From: an uncultured virus (IMG/VR IMGVR_UViG_3300031182_000003)
Lineage: Duplodnaviria; Heunggongvirae; Uroviricota; Caudoviricetes
Strand: one strand, 5' to 3'
Length of the DNA stretch: 64,000 nt
Virus record (IMG/VR): IMGVR_UViG_3300031182_000003
The position numbers were made by a program, and so were the translations under genes. Of this stretch, positions 37,533-48,466 are shown in pieces. Below the pieces are notes generated by a model that worked only from the letters and a program-made list of their open reading frames with translations, was not told where the DNA came from and made no database searches. Position 1 is the first letter of the stretch. Each line of letters begins with the position of its first letter.

Positions 37533-38618
37533 TTGCAATTCACATGCTTGCTACAGGAACTTCAGTATGCGCTCTCCGTCATCGCGCCGACGGTCGGGAC
37601 GGAAACCAGCGGTCATCCCGGCATCCGCATCAAATGTCACAAGAAGAAAAACCGGGTGAAGCTGATGTCCACGGAAGGTGCGCACTCCACGGAAATCTGG
37701 ATTGATGCAACCGTCAAGAAACCGTTCGATACCGTCATTGAAGGCGACCGATTCATTGGCTACATTTCCAAGCTGGATGTGAAGGAAGTCACCGTCAAGC
37801 TGGACGACGAACGGGTAACGGTCGAAAGTAGCCGGGGCAAGCCGAAATTCGGCATATTGGAGCCCGAGAAGTTTCCCGATCTGCCGAAAATCGAAGAAGA
37901 ACTTCGCATTGACCTCGCGGGCAAAGTCTTCAAGCGGCTTGTACTCGGTGTGGCGTTTGCCACAAAGCCGGAACGCAGAGGCGCGGAAGCGCCGCTTCTT
38001 GAAGGCATCAATATTGTCAGTGATGGCAAGCGGCTGAAGTTCATGTCGATGAACGGATACATTATCGCGCATTGCAAGAAATCCATCGAGGCCAAGGAAA
38101 TGAATATGACCGTGGCGAAGAAGTCGCTGGTTAATGCGGCCAAAACGGTGCGCGATGATGACAAAGTGACGATCCAGTCGGATCGCAATACGCGGCTCAT
38201 CGTCAAACACAACGATATCACGTATTACATTCCGGTGTATTCCGGCTCATATCCGGCCATCAAAATGCCGAAGAAGGACTTCATGACGAGCTTTACGCTC
38301 GACAAACATGAATTGCTCGGCGTGCTGGAGCGCGGCACTTCCATTCTGGAAGATGCCGGTCAAGCCAAAGGCATATTACAGGTTGAAAAGGGAAAGGTAA
38401 TACTGGAAGGACGAACGCAGAAAACGGATTTCCACGAGGCCATTCCGACGGATGTGAAGGGCAAGAAAACCAATGTCAAAATCGACATTCGGCGTATGAC
38501 GGATGTTGTGAAGGCGATAGATGCAGATCAGATTACCATCGGCATCAATGAGCAACAGCCGATTGCGATCCAGCCCGAAGGGCGTTCCGATCAAACCTGT
38601 CTGCTTGCGGTTGGGTGA
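37533..38618 (+). CDS. dnaN: DNA polymerase III beta sliding clamp
   Basis: 361 aa; FPDLP, VAFA, LEGINI, GSYP clamp pattern. Confidence 0.8.
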   Translation: MQFTCLLQELQYALSVIAPTVGTETSGHPGIRIKCHKKKNRVKLMSTEGAHSTEIWIDATVKKPFDTVIEGDRFIGYISKLDVKEVTVKLDDERVTVESSRGKPKFGILEPEKFPDLPKIEEELRIDLAGKVFKRLVLGVAFATKPERRGAEAPLLEGINIVSDGKRLKFMSMNGYIIAHCKKSIEAKEMNMTVAKKSLVNAAKTVRDDDKVTIQSDRNTRLIVKHNDITYYIPVYSGSYPAIKMPKKDFMTSFTLDKHELLGVLERGTSILEDAGQAKGILQVEKGKVILEGRTQKTDFHEAIPTDVKGKKTNVKIDIRRMTDVVKAIDADQITIGINEQQPIAIQPEGRSDQTCLLAVG

Positions 38619-38714
38619 TGCGTATGCGTGATTTGTTAAAGTTGCTGATCCGAATCGCGGCGGTGGAGCTTACCAAGTCCATAACCCGCGAAGCATTCCG
38701 AAGGAGGAGATACC

Positions 38715-39440
38715 GTGGGCAAGAAGAAAGACAAAAAGCCATCCAAGAAGTCCGTACGCGCCGACGTGAAGAAAGCCAAGGCCGAGTCGGCGGCTACCGC
38801 CGAGAAGCTGGATACCGCCCCCAAGAAAAAGGCCAAGGCTATCGAAATCAAGACCCACAAGCCCGCAGAGGAAAAGCGGGTCAACACGGCGGGCTTGCCG
38901 GAGAGCGTTCTCAAACACAAGCTCATCGGCAAAAGCACCATCAGTGATGGCACACAGAAGATCACGCTTGCGGAAGTGACCGGCACCTCCCGGTCGATCT
39001 ATGTCAATGATATCCACAGCGCGAATCCGGTTGTTTTGGCGGAGCATTTTTGGATCGGATGTATCGGCCAGCGGTGGCCCGTTGTCCGTGTCGAGAAGGA
39101 CGAATATGAGTTTGTCCTGAAACACACACAGGGCCGCCTGCCAAAGAACTCGCATATCATCTGTGTTGTGGATTGCTCCATTGACCCGACGCTGTCGTAC
39201 GGATTTTATCTCGACGAACTGCCGCACGGCTTCCCGACGCTGGATCAAATCAAGCAGAAGGACGCCGAGTTCAGAAAGAACCCGACGACGGTTCATAATC
39301 AAAGCGTGAAGCTTGTCATCGAGGAAAAACAACAAACCAAAGTCGCACAACAGGAAGAAGAACTGTTGGAGTTCTCCGATGATGAAGGGTCAAATGAAGA
39401 ACCGGGCGGCGAAGAAGAAGACTTCGTCTTCGACGATTAA
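38715..39440 (+). CDS. Hypothetical protein (basic N-terminus, acidic C-terminus)
   Basis: AAGGAGG RBS before GTG. Confidence 0.7.
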   Translation: MGKKKDKKPSKKSVRADVKKAKAESAATAEKLDTAPKKKAKAIEIKTHKPAEEKRVNTAGLPESVLKHKLIGKSTISDGTQKITLAEVTGTSRSIYVNDIHSANPVVLAEHFWIGCIGQRWPVVRVEKDEYEFVLKHTQGRLPKNSHIICVVDCSIDPTLSYGFYLDELPHGFPTLDQIKQKDAEFRKNPTTVHNQSVKLVIEEKQQTKVAQQEEELLEFSDDEGSNEEPGGEEEDFVFDD

Positions 39441-39927
39441 GGTTCTGAACAAGAATGGCGTCCTCGACAGCTATACCACGCTCCCGAAGGCGAAGTCATT
39501 CGTGCGACAACATCGCTGTGTGTGGGTGTCTGAGGATACCATTCAATTGCAAATCGACAGCAAAGACGAGAAGCGCATGAAAGAGGAAGTGTGGGCCGAG
39601 GCTAATTACGTGTGCTATATCTGCGGAAGGCAAATGCACAGAGGGCATGAACTCTTGACCATCGACCACATGACTCCGAAGCGTCTCGGCGGTTCCCTGC
39701 TCAAGTTCAATTTGGCTTGTTGTTGCAAGCCTTGCAATGAAGAAAAGGGATGCCGGACTGTCGAAAGCTACACCGCCTACTTGCTTGCCCGCATATACGC
39801 TATGCTAATATGGTATGGGGTGATAAGAAGGAGGGATGTAAGTGGCGAAAGAATGTTGCGAACATCAAGAATCGACACCCAAGAAGGCCAAAAAACTGAA
39901 TACGAAAAAGCGCAAACGACCGGATAA
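39313..39927 (+). CDS. HNH endonuclease (start uncertain)
   Basis: CYICG, LTIDHMTPKRLGG, NLACCCKPCNEEKG. Confidence 0.8.
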   Translation: MSSRKNNKPKSHNRKKNCWSSPMMKGQMKNRAAKKKTSSSTIKVLNKNGVLDSYTTLPKAKSFVRQHRCVWVSEDTIQLQIDSKDEKRMKEEVWAEANYVCYICGRQMHRGHELLTIDHMTPKRLGGSLLKFNLACCCKPCNEEKGCRTVESYTAYLLARIYAMLIWYGVIRRRDVSGERMLRTSRIDTQEGQKTEYEKAQTTG

Positions 39928-42900
39928 ACTGCGGGTTGTGCATATCCACAACCACAGTATTTATTCGATCAGCGACGCATCGGCGAAACCCGAGGAGCTT
40001 GCAAAACGTGCGGCTGAAATCGGGATTGATACGCTGGTGCTGACGGATCACGGCAACATATCTGGCGTGATTCAGATGAAGAAGGCGTGCAAAAAGCATG
40101 GCCTCAAGTTCATACCGGCCTGTGAAATGTATGAATCCCCCGACCGGACAGTGAAGGACGCTTTCAAGAAAAGCAAGACGAAGCAAAGTGAGGATGAGGA
40201 AGTCCAAGACGGCATCTATCACATCACGATGCTTCCGGTCAACAACGAAGGTTGGGCCGCCTTGCAAGCGCTCATCGCCGACGCCAATACGGTAGGGTTC
40301 TACAAAAAGCCCCGGACGGATATGAAATTTATCGAGGAAAACGGCTACGGCAAGAACATCATCGCGACCAGCGGATGTCTGGCCGGATACATCCCGCGCC
40401 TGCTCCTCGCCGGGGAATATGAGAAGGCCAAGAAGGAAGCGATTCGCCGGAGCAAACTGTTCTACGGCTACTATCTGGAAATTCAGGATAATGGTAGCCG
40501 GGAGCAGGATATGGTCAACATGCAACTCATTCAGATGAGCGAGGAGACGGGAATCCCGCTGGTCTATGCCAAGGACGTGCATTACGTCCGGCCTGAAGAC
40601 AAGGATGCTCATCATACGCTCGTTGCGATGGGGCGTAGACAGACCATTTACGAATGCGCTCCTTATCTCGGCACCAATACCTACCATCTAGCGTCGGCGG
40701 AGGAAGTGTATGATTGGGCCGATGAGAACAACATCCCGTACGAGGCGATTGAGAACGCCTGCAAAATCGCCGACATGTGTAATGTCGATCTGGAACTCGG
40801 CAAAAACCTGATGCCGGAGTATCCATACTGCGAGGAAGGTCATACTCCGACAACGTACCTGCGGAAACTCATGTATGACAATCTCCTCGAATACGTCCAG
40901 AAGATGCGTAAAAAGAAGAAACGCATCAACATCAAGACGTACATCAAGCGCATCGAATCTGAACTGGACGTTATCGTCATGAAGGGGTTCCCTTCCTACT
41001 TCCTGATCCTGTGGGACATCATTCTTTGGGCAACCAACCGGAAGAAGTGGAAATCCTACGCACCGAACGCCGCGTGGCTAAAAGCCGACCCGGAAAACGC
41101 CAAATACGAGTTCTATCCGCAATATTATGTCGGCCCGGGCCGGGGCTCGGCGGCGGGCGCGATTACCGCGTTCCTGCTCGGCATCACCAAGCTCGATCCT
41201 ATCGAGTACGACTTCATGTTCGAGCGGTTCCTGAATCCGTATCGGAACAGTCCGCCGGACATTGATTGGAAGATAATGCTTGTAGCGTGATAATTGCAAT
41301 TTGGAGCCATAGATGATTTGATTACTGCCGGAGAATATATGTATCGCGATGCGACTATATACCTTGAACGCAAGTATGAACGCTACTGCATTATCAAACA
41401 GTCCCACGCTTCCGAGAGGTGGCGTGCGTACCCCGAATATGCTGGGAAGCCCTAAAGCCTCCATGCCAAAGCAATACTCGAAAGGGTATTGTGACGGAGC
41501 GAGAGCAGAAATAAGTTGGAGGATGATCCTGAACGTACAACCGAGCAGGATCGTGACAATGGGCAATCAGCAGGGATAGCCCTAAGTCCCAATTTGGGAT
41601 ATGGGAAGCCCCCAACGACTACCAAGGGGCGTGACCATACAAACAAGCCCTGTTTGGCGGAGCAGGGTGTATGGAGACGATGGTATAGTCTAGGCCGTCC
41701 ACGCAGTGACGTGGAGTTAAAGTACCCCGAAAGGGGCGGTGTAACCGACCGACTTCGACGGGACGAATCATGAAATGCTTCTCGACTTTGTGGCGCAACG
41801 CTACGGCAGAGACAGGGTGGCGCAGATTCTTACCTTTACGAAGTACAAGCTTCGCTCTGCCGTCAACGGCATCTGTAAGGCGCTGGAGAAGAAGGACAAG
41901 AGCGGTAAGGTGGTTGCCTACGGATATAAAGTCGCCGACGAGATCGGCGCGGTGCTGGAAATCGCGGGCGACCAAGGCAAGATGCCTGACCAGTCGGATT
42001 GTACTTACCAGAAGATGATGGAGATTGCCGAAAGGCCGGAAAAATACGAGGAGTATGGATCCGAGTTGCCGAAGTTCATCGAGGCATCCAAGGAGTTCCG
42101 TCGCCTCATGTTGAAGTATCCCGAGCTTAACGAACGGCTTGCCAAAATCGAAGGGTGTATCCAAACGTCCGGCATTCATGCGGGCGGTGTCATCATCTCG
42201 CGGCGACCGCTTGCGCTCGATTGCCCGACGATCATGCCGCGTGAAGATTCCAAGGCCGTACTGCCGATTACGATGTGGGATTATCCCGACTGTGAAGAAG
42301 TTGGCCTGCTGAAGATGGACTTGCTCCGTACGTCTACGCTTCGCATCATTTCGTTGACGTTGGAGTTGATTCGCTCCAGTACCGGCGAAGAAGTCGATCT
42401 GTACGAAATCGGACGTGACGACCCGGAAACGTTCAAATTCATTGCAGAGGGCAACACACATGGGTTGTTCCAAATCAACGGTGGCGGCATTACGAAGTAC
42501 ACCATGCAGGTTAAGCCCAAAACACAGGATGAGATCATCGACATTCTGGCGCTTTACCGTCCGGGGCCGCTCGATGCCGTGCTGGAGAATGGTAATACTA
42601 TCGCTCAACAGTACGTCATCAACGGTAGCCGGAAGCCGCAGGAGTACATGAAGGAGGTTCGCCCGGAAATCCGCGAGTTCCTGCGGAAGTCTCGGGGGCA
42701 GATGATCTATCAGGAACAGGTCATGAGCATCGTCCAGCGCGTGGCCGGATACAATCTCGGCCACGCGGACAGCTTCCGGCGCGTCATCGGCAAGAAGAAG
42801 ATCGCCGATGTAAAGAAGCTGTATGACGAGTTCATGTATGGGCACAAGTATGTCGTCAAGAAGTGGGAAAAACTGCTTGCCGAATACGACAGCCTGCCCA

Positions 42901-44258
42901 AGTTCAAAGATAAGGATGGCAACGAAGTCATCCGCGTGAAATCCAAGTATGACGGGAACGACATCGAACTGACTAAGCCGGAAATTCAGGCCGAACTGGA
43001 GGCAACCAAGAAGGCGATGGCGGCACACGTCATCCCGGGCGCACTCAAGATGGGGTACGACAAGAAGTTTGCCCGCAATCTGTTCAAGCAGATGGTGAAG
43101 TTCGCCGGGTACGCCTTCAACAAGCCGCATTCCGGGTGTTATGCGGACGAAACATTCCAGACCGCATACCTCAAGTGCCACTATCCGGTGCAGTTCATGA
43201 CCGCCCTTCTCAGCGTGCGCGGCGACAAGGCCGACAAGACGCTCGACAACCTGAAGGAAGCCAAGCGGCTCGGCATCAAGATTCTGCCGCCAGATGTAAA
43301 TCGTTCGTTCTCGGAGTTCGCACCGGAGAAAGACGGCATCCGATACGGCCTGCTGTCGATTGCCGGAATCGGTCAAGCGACGGTCAACCAAATCGTCAAC
43401 GAGCGAGAGAAGAATGGCCCGTACCAATCCTTCGACGACTTCGTACAGCGTCATACGTTCAAGGGAAGCCAAGTCAAACGCAACCACTACCAAACGCTGA
43501 TCTCCGCCGGATGTTTCGACCGGTTTGAAAAGAACCGGTACAAGCTCCTGAACTATTACAATTTCACCATCCGCAAGGACAAAGTGTGGACGGGTACGCC
43601 GGAGACTTTGGAGAAGGACAAAGCGAAAGCAACCCATTCGGTGAAGTGGAACGAGAAGGAGTTCAACGACAAGAAGGCGTTGGAGATGGAGCGTGAATTG
43701 ATCGGTGTGTATGTGTCCGGCTCCCCGTATGAAGACCTTCCGTTTACGCCGCTTCAAGATATGAAACTCTCCCGGCGGCGGGATAAAGTCTTCTACGATA
43801 TCGGAGGCCGTATTATATCGGCCAAGATCATCAAGACCAAGAAGGGCAAACCGATGGCCTTCCTCACACTGGAGACGCAGTTGGAGCCCATCGAGGTAAC
43901 GGTCTTCCCGGATGTTTACGATGAATACGCTCAGCACTTGTACAAGGACAATATTGTGGTTGTGCGCGGCTACAAGGAGGAAACCTACTACAAGGGCGAG
44001 CGGCAAGAAAAGTTCATTGCAAGCAAGATTCTCGTGCAGAAGACCAAAAAGCTGAAGCGTGAACTCGGCATCAACGATGAGCCCAAGCCGCAGACTCAAG
44101 AGGAGCCGGAACTGCCCGTCGTAGAGCAGATGAAGCCGAAGAAGCGCAAGGATCCGATGGCAGAACTGATGGAAGACAAACTGAAGGGTAAGAAGAAGCG
44201 GAAGGACGATCTGTCGAAGTATTTCGAGGACGACGATGAGGAGGAAGAAGCATTATGA
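39842..44258 (+). CDS. dnaE: DNA polymerase III alpha subunit split by a group I intron (exons 39842-41266 and 41748-44258; 1311 aa spliced)
   Basis: PHP motifs HNHS and TDHG, GRGSAAG, FERFLNP; splicing restores PDID|TDF; HAGG, KMDLL, YAFNKPH, C-terminal OB fold. Confidence 0.95.
41267..41747 (+). mobile_element. Group I intron without ORF (481 nt), extended P1 loop
   Basis: GAT|TG pairs with CAGTC (41399-41403); ATGCTGGGAA, AATCAGCAG, CAACGACTA, GGTATAGTCT core; terminal G. Confidence 0.9.
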
Positions 44259-44569
44259 AACACATCATCAAGGTGCTGATTTCGTTCGGCCACGGTGTAT
44301 TGGTCGAGTTCTACACGGCGGCGGACAAGTATCTGGTCATCCGCAATCAGATCGCGAAGAAACAACGTCGCATCAATGAGGACGAATTTGTGACTCTCGC
44401 GATCAACGGCGTCGAGTATGATGTCAACCCCGACTTTGTTCAACTGCAACGAGTGGAGCCGGTGACGATCATTCCCGACAGGCATTTTCAAGAGATCGAG
44501 AAATACGGCTCCTCTCTCATTCGCTTCGTCGAAGGAGGTGGTATCTATGTCAAACAATCAGAAGCTTGA
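44255..44569 (+). CDS. Hypothetical protein
   Basis: ATGA overlap with the dnaE stop. Confidence 0.65.
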   Translation: MKHIIKVLISFGHGVLVEFYTAADKYLVIRNQIAKKQRRINEDEFVTLAINGVEYDVNPDFVQLQRVEPVTIIPDRHFQEIEKYGSSLIRFVEGGGIYVKQSEA

Positions 44570-44825
44570 AGTCTTCTGTGTGAACGATCCGGGCAAGGAG
44601 TGCTATGTATCGCACTACCACCTGCCGGATGGTCGTACGGTGCATCGCTCCGAAGACGGCAAAACCATCGACTTCGAGCCTTTGAGACCGTACATCGGAC
44701 AGACGTTCACGATGTTCACGAACGGCGCTCCCGATTATGAAGCGAAGCTGTCGGATGTGACGATCACGGACGAAGGCGTTCCGACGATCCTGTTCCAGCC
44801 GTTACTCCCGATGAGCGAGCAGTAA
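44547..44825 (+). CDS. Hypothetical protein
   Basis: AAGGAGGTG RBS. Confidence 0.65.
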   Translation: MSNNQKLEVFCVNDPGKECYVSHYHLPDGRTVHRSEDGKTIDFEPLRPYIGQTFTMFTNGAPDYEAKLSDVTITDEGVPTILFQPLLPMSEQ

Positions 44826-44863
44826 CGGCTGTTACAGAAACCTACAAAAATTGCAACATCCCC

Positions 44864-44891
44864 TTGTAAAATAAGGGCAATGTGGTATAAT
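44864..44891 (+). promoter_or_regulatory. sigmaA-like promoter upstream of HU
   Basis: TTGTAA-N16-TATAAT with TG extended -10. Confidence 0.6.
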
Positions 44892-44938
44892 AGCCACAGA
44901 AATCACAATTGACAATGTCATTAAGGAGGAACATCTCA

Positions 44939-45217
44939 ATGAAAAAAGCAGAGATCATTCAACGTCTGGTGAGCGAACACGGCGCTCCGTCGAAAGCCGC
45001 CGCTGAACGGCAACTGGAGCAAGTGCTGGAGTGCATCACGCACGGCCTGCAATCCGACGAGAAGGTCGAAATCCACGGTTTCGGCACCTTCGGCGTCAGA
45101 GAACGCGCCGCCCGCCGGGGCCGCAACCCGCAAACCGGCGAACAAATCACGATCCCGGCATCCCGGAAGGCTTCGTTCAAGGCCGCCAAGAAGCTGAACG
45201 ACGCCATCGCGCGATGA
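44939..45217 (+). CDS. hup: Histone-like DNA-binding protein HU
   Basis: GFGTF, RAARRGRNPQTGE, FKAAKKL. Confidence 0.93.
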   Translation: MKKAEIIQRLVSEHGAPSKAAAERQLEQVLECITHGLQSDEKVEIHGFGTFGVRERAARRGRNPQTGEQITIPASRKASFKAAKKLNDAIAR

Positions 45218-45288
45218 TTTCCGGCTCGATCCGGCAGAAGGAGCAACCCCTTGAACGGTGTCCCGTTCAGGGGTGTTGTTTCTTTAGT

Positions 45289-45325
45289 GCATAACTTCGT
45301 TACAACTGGTAATACTAAGGGTAAC
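45289..45325 (+). promoter_or_regulatory. Recurrent promoter/operator motif copy
   Basis: GCATAA...GTTAC-N17-GTAAC with internal GGTAATACTA. Confidence 0.7.
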
Positions 45326-45362
45326 AACGATCACAAACCAATCCAAGGAGGTTGAACAGAAT

Positions 45363-46001
45363 ATGTTCAGCGCAACAATTTCGGGTACGATCAAACGCAT
45401 CCTTTTCGACAACGAGAAGGATGGCGAAAAGGCATTCCTCAAAGTCGTCGTGGAATGCAAGAAGCAATTCGTCAAGGAAGACGACATGCCGTACAACTAT
45501 CCGGTTGTCGCGATCTTCGGCCACGATGCGGCCTATGTACGCGAGTACGCAGGCAAGGGCCACTGGATCGAGTGCATGAACTGCGATCTGGATGTGTATC
45601 GCGGCGAGGACGGCGACGAAGAAGAACGGATCAGCTTCAAGTGCGGCCGCGTCAACCTGTTGCCGAAAGCCCTCTCGGAAGCTGTCGCCTCGACCATCGA
45701 CGAGGATGATGACGAGGACGACAAGAAGAAAAAGAAGAAGGGCAAAGGCAAGGACGACAAGAAAGGCAAGTCCCGTTCTGAACGGCGCGGCAAGTCCCGC
45801 GACGATGACGAGGACGATGATGAGGATGAGGACGAAGACGACAGCAAGTCGAAGAAGTCCAAATCCAAGTCGAAGTCCAAGGACAAAGGAAAAGACAAAG
45901 GCAAGTCCAAGTCCAAAGCCAAGTCCCGCGACGATGATGAGGATGACGATGAGGACTACGACGATGATGACGATGACTTCTACGACGATGATGAAGACTG
46001 A
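45363..46001 (+). CDS. Second SSB-like OB-fold protein with alternating basic/acidic tail
   Basis: ATISGTI...VVAIFGHDAAYVREYAGKG OB-like pattern; K/S-rich and D/E-rich blocks. Confidence 0.6.
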   Translation: MFSATISGTIKRILFDNEKDGEKAFLKVVVECKKQFVKEDDMPYNYPVVAIFGHDAAYVREYAGKGHWIECMNCDLDVYRGEDGDEEERISFKCGRVNLLPKALSEAVASTIDEDDDEDDKKKKKKGKGKDDKKGKSRSERRGKSRDDDEDDDEDEDEDDSKSKKSKSKSKSKDKGKDKGKSKSKAKSRDDDEDDDEDYDDDDDDFYDDDED

Positions 46002-46067
46002 TCGTCTCGCGGCGTAAACGGGGGCGGAAACCCCGCCCCCTTATTCCTCCAAAACAAGGAGGTCGCT

Positions 46068-46376
46068 ATGGCAAAGAATCGCAAGCGCGAAGGCGCAAAG
46101 GCAATGTTCGAGCAGTCGATTATTTATCTGCTGGATGCTTATCGTTCTGAAGGTAAATCGCCGGAACAGGCAAAACATCTGGTATTGCAGGACATCGAAG
46201 ATGCTCGGCAAAAGTATATGGAGGCTGACATCCTGCCGAAATCAGCCATCAGCGTATCCGATCCCAAACGGCTTTTGGAGGACATCCTCAAGGATGTGCA
46301 AAATCTTGGCATCAATCCCGTGGCAAAGAAAGCACTCCTGAATAAAGTCATCCATCTCCAAAAGATCTTGCAGTAG
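46068..46376 (+). CDS. Hypothetical protein
   Basis: AAGGAGGT RBS. Confidence 0.7.
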   Translation: MAKNRKREGAKAMFEQSIIYLLDAYRSEGKSPEQAKHLVLQDIEDARQKYMEADILPKSAISVSDPKRLLEDILKDVQNLGINPVAKKALLNKVIHLQKILQ

Positions 46377-46388
46377 GAGGTTTCACTC

Positions 46389-47639
46389 ATGGGTTCTACA
46401 TTGGCTGAGAAGAAGGCGCGTCTCCAGAAAATCATGGACGCACAAAACAAAAGTGCTGGTTCTATTGTCGTCGGCTACGGCAAAGACATCGCAAAGCCGC
46501 TGGAGTTTTTGCCGACGCCGTCGCAGGAGTTCAACCTCATCACCGGCGGCGGCTTTCCGAAGGGCCGCATTACCGAAATCTTCGGGCCGCAATCGAGCGG
46601 CAAAACCTCTCTTGTGGAAGAAACCATCGGCGAGGATATGGCTCGTGACCCGGATGCCATTTGGGTTTGGGGCGAGACCGAGGAGCCGTTCGACATGGAC
46701 TACGCCAGCTTGATACATGGTATCGACCCGGATCGTCTGATCCTTGTCGAACAGGACGAGTCCGGCGGCGAGACGCTCATCGACCGGATGGAACCATATC
46801 TGCGTTCCGGCGACATCAAGGGATTCGCCATCAACTCTGTTGCTGGTCTGACTCCGAAGAAGGAGCTTTCCGAGTCAATGGAAAAGCAGGACATCGCGCT
46901 TCAAGCGCGGATGATGTCCAAGCTGATGCGCAAATGGACGGCTATCATCGCCAAGCGCGGCTTGTATGCTATCTTTATCAACCAGCTTCGCACGAACGTC
47001 GGCGTGATGTTTGGTGATCCGAACGTTACGACCGGTGGCCGGGCGCTCGCCTACTATTCATCACTTCGCGTCGGCCTGAACAAACTCGTCTTCGATGATG
47101 CGGAGAAGAAGATCTACCCCGATGACGAGTTCATGAAGATCGGCGTACGGATTGCGAAGAACCGTTGTGTCTATGACAATCCGTACAAGAAGGGGCAATA
47201 CGTCATCAAGTACGGCGAAGGCGTAGATAAGGTCTCCGAAATCATCAGCAAGGCTCCCGAAGCGGGCATTCTCCGTAACTCCGGCGCGTGGTATTACTAC
47301 GAGAAAGAAGACGGAGAACTGATTGTGGCGAAGAAGGCCGTTGTAGACGGCAAGCCGAAACTCAACGTGCCGCTCAAGTGGAACGGACGCGCAGAACTGC
47401 GCAAGTTCCTGATCGAAAACGACTGGTTCGTCACACAGCTTCGCGAAGAATTGGCCGGTGCCGTTTCGCGGGGACAACTCCTTCCGACCTACCAGTCCGA
47501 GGAGGAGATGGAGGAAATCCGCAAGCTGGAGGCTATCGAAGCCGAAATCGCCGCTGAAGAAGAAAAGATGGCGAAGGACGACAACAAATCGAAAAGCAAA
47601 TCCAAGGGCAAATCCAAAAAGAAAAAAGCCGAGGATTAA
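46389..47639 (+). CDS. recA: RecA recombinase
   Basis: GGFPKGRITEIFGPQSSGKT, NSVAGL, QARMMSK, FINQLR, TTGGRAL, KNR. Confidence 0.95.
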   Translation: MGSTLAEKKARLQKIMDAQNKSAGSIVVGYGKDIAKPLEFLPTPSQEFNLITGGGFPKGRITEIFGPQSSGKTSLVEETIGEDMARDPDAIWVWGETEEPFDMDYASLIHGIDPDRLILVEQDESGGETLIDRMEPYLRSGDIKGFAINSVAGLTPKKELSESMEKQDIALQARMMSKLMRKWTAIIAKRGLYAIFINQLRTNVGVMFGDPNVTTGGRALAYYSSLRVGLNKLVFDDAEKKIYPDDEFMKIGVRIAKNRCVYDNPYKKGQYVIKYGEGVDKVSEIISKAPEAGILRNSGAWYYYEKEDGELIVAKKAVVDGKPKLNVPLKWNGRAELRKFLIENDWFVTQLREELAGAVSRGQLLPTYQSEEEMEEIRKLEAIEAEIAAEEEKMAKDDNKSKSKSKGKSKKKKAED

Positions 47640-47691
47640 GAGGAGGGGCGCAGATCGCCCCTCTTTTTGCGGACTGGAGAAGGGACGATTC

Positions 47692-48045
47692 ATGGGGGAG
47701 GATTTTCGCAAGCAGTGGCCGCCAGTGGATGTGGACTTTCTCAAGACGCTGGTTCGCATCCACAACTTCGGCAAGGATGAAGACTTTGCTCGCTTCGTGA
47801 TGAAGCACCGGGAGAAAATCAACAACCCGGATTACCTGCAAGTCTTCATTGAACATTGTACAATTCTGCCGGATTACTTCGAGGAGTATTTCGACATGTG
47901 CAAGTTGTTCTATGACTTCATCAAAGCCAACCCGGATCTGTACAGGCTTCCGTTCAGCCTGCGCACGGTGATTCGACTTGGCGTTTTTGAGGAGCAATTT
48001 GCCAATTTCCTTAAAGAAAGAGGTGAAACCGGTGCAGTTTCATGA
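47692..48045 (+). CDS. Hypothetical protein
   Basis: GGAGAAGGG RBS. Confidence 0.65.
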   Translation: MGEDFRKQWPPVDVDFLKTLVRIHNFGKDEDFARFVMKHREKINNPDYLQVFIEHCTILPDYFEEYFDMCKLFYDFIKANPDLYRLPFSLRTVIRLGVFEEQFANFLKERGETGAVS

Positions 48046-48451
48046 AACGGGATATGGGCGGCGCTTTTTCGATCAACAGCTTCCAATGCTGATTGATGTC
48101 ATTCGTGAACTGGCCGCGCAAGTGGGGCGACAAAGCATCCTGCTGGAGCGGCACATCGAGCTTCTGGAAGCACAACAGCCCAAGCAAGCTTCGATTCATC
48201 GGCAGGCGGCCTATCAGTTGCTCAAGGAAGAAGCATTCGATGAGAAGACCAAACTGAAGCAAGGCGATCCCGTTCTTGTGTTGTCAAAGCCGATTACGGG
48301 ATACGAAGTGGTTGAGGCGACGGTGCTGGACAATGATCCTGCCGCCGCCCGCGTTTATGTACGTTTCCCGGATGAATTGATGCTCAAGGATGCATGGATT
48401 GTCTACGAGAATATCAGGCGGGATCCCTTCGGAGAGAGACAAAACATATGA
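48032..48451 (+). CDS. Hypothetical protein (QFHETGYGRRFF)
   Basis: GAGGTGA RBS before GTG. Confidence 0.65.
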   Translation: MQFHETGYGRRFFDQQLPMLIDVIRELAAQVGRQSILLERHIELLEAQQPKQASIHRQAAYQLLKEEAFDEKTKLKQGDPVLVLSKPITGYEVVEATVLDNDPAAARVYVRFPDELMLKDAWIVYENIRRDPFGERQNI

Positions 48452-48466
48452 AGGGGATGAGTAACA

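Noticed and set aside
39313..39927. Upstream HNH as the homing partner of the dnaE intron
   Set aside because: Adjacency is the only support; it is a short McrA-like HNH with native codon usage and no evidence of target specificity.
41267..41747. Split intein or frameshift explanation for the broken dnaE and helicase genes
   Set aside because: No intein Cys/His-Asn termini; group I core elements and exact in-frame U|...G junctions explain both breaks.
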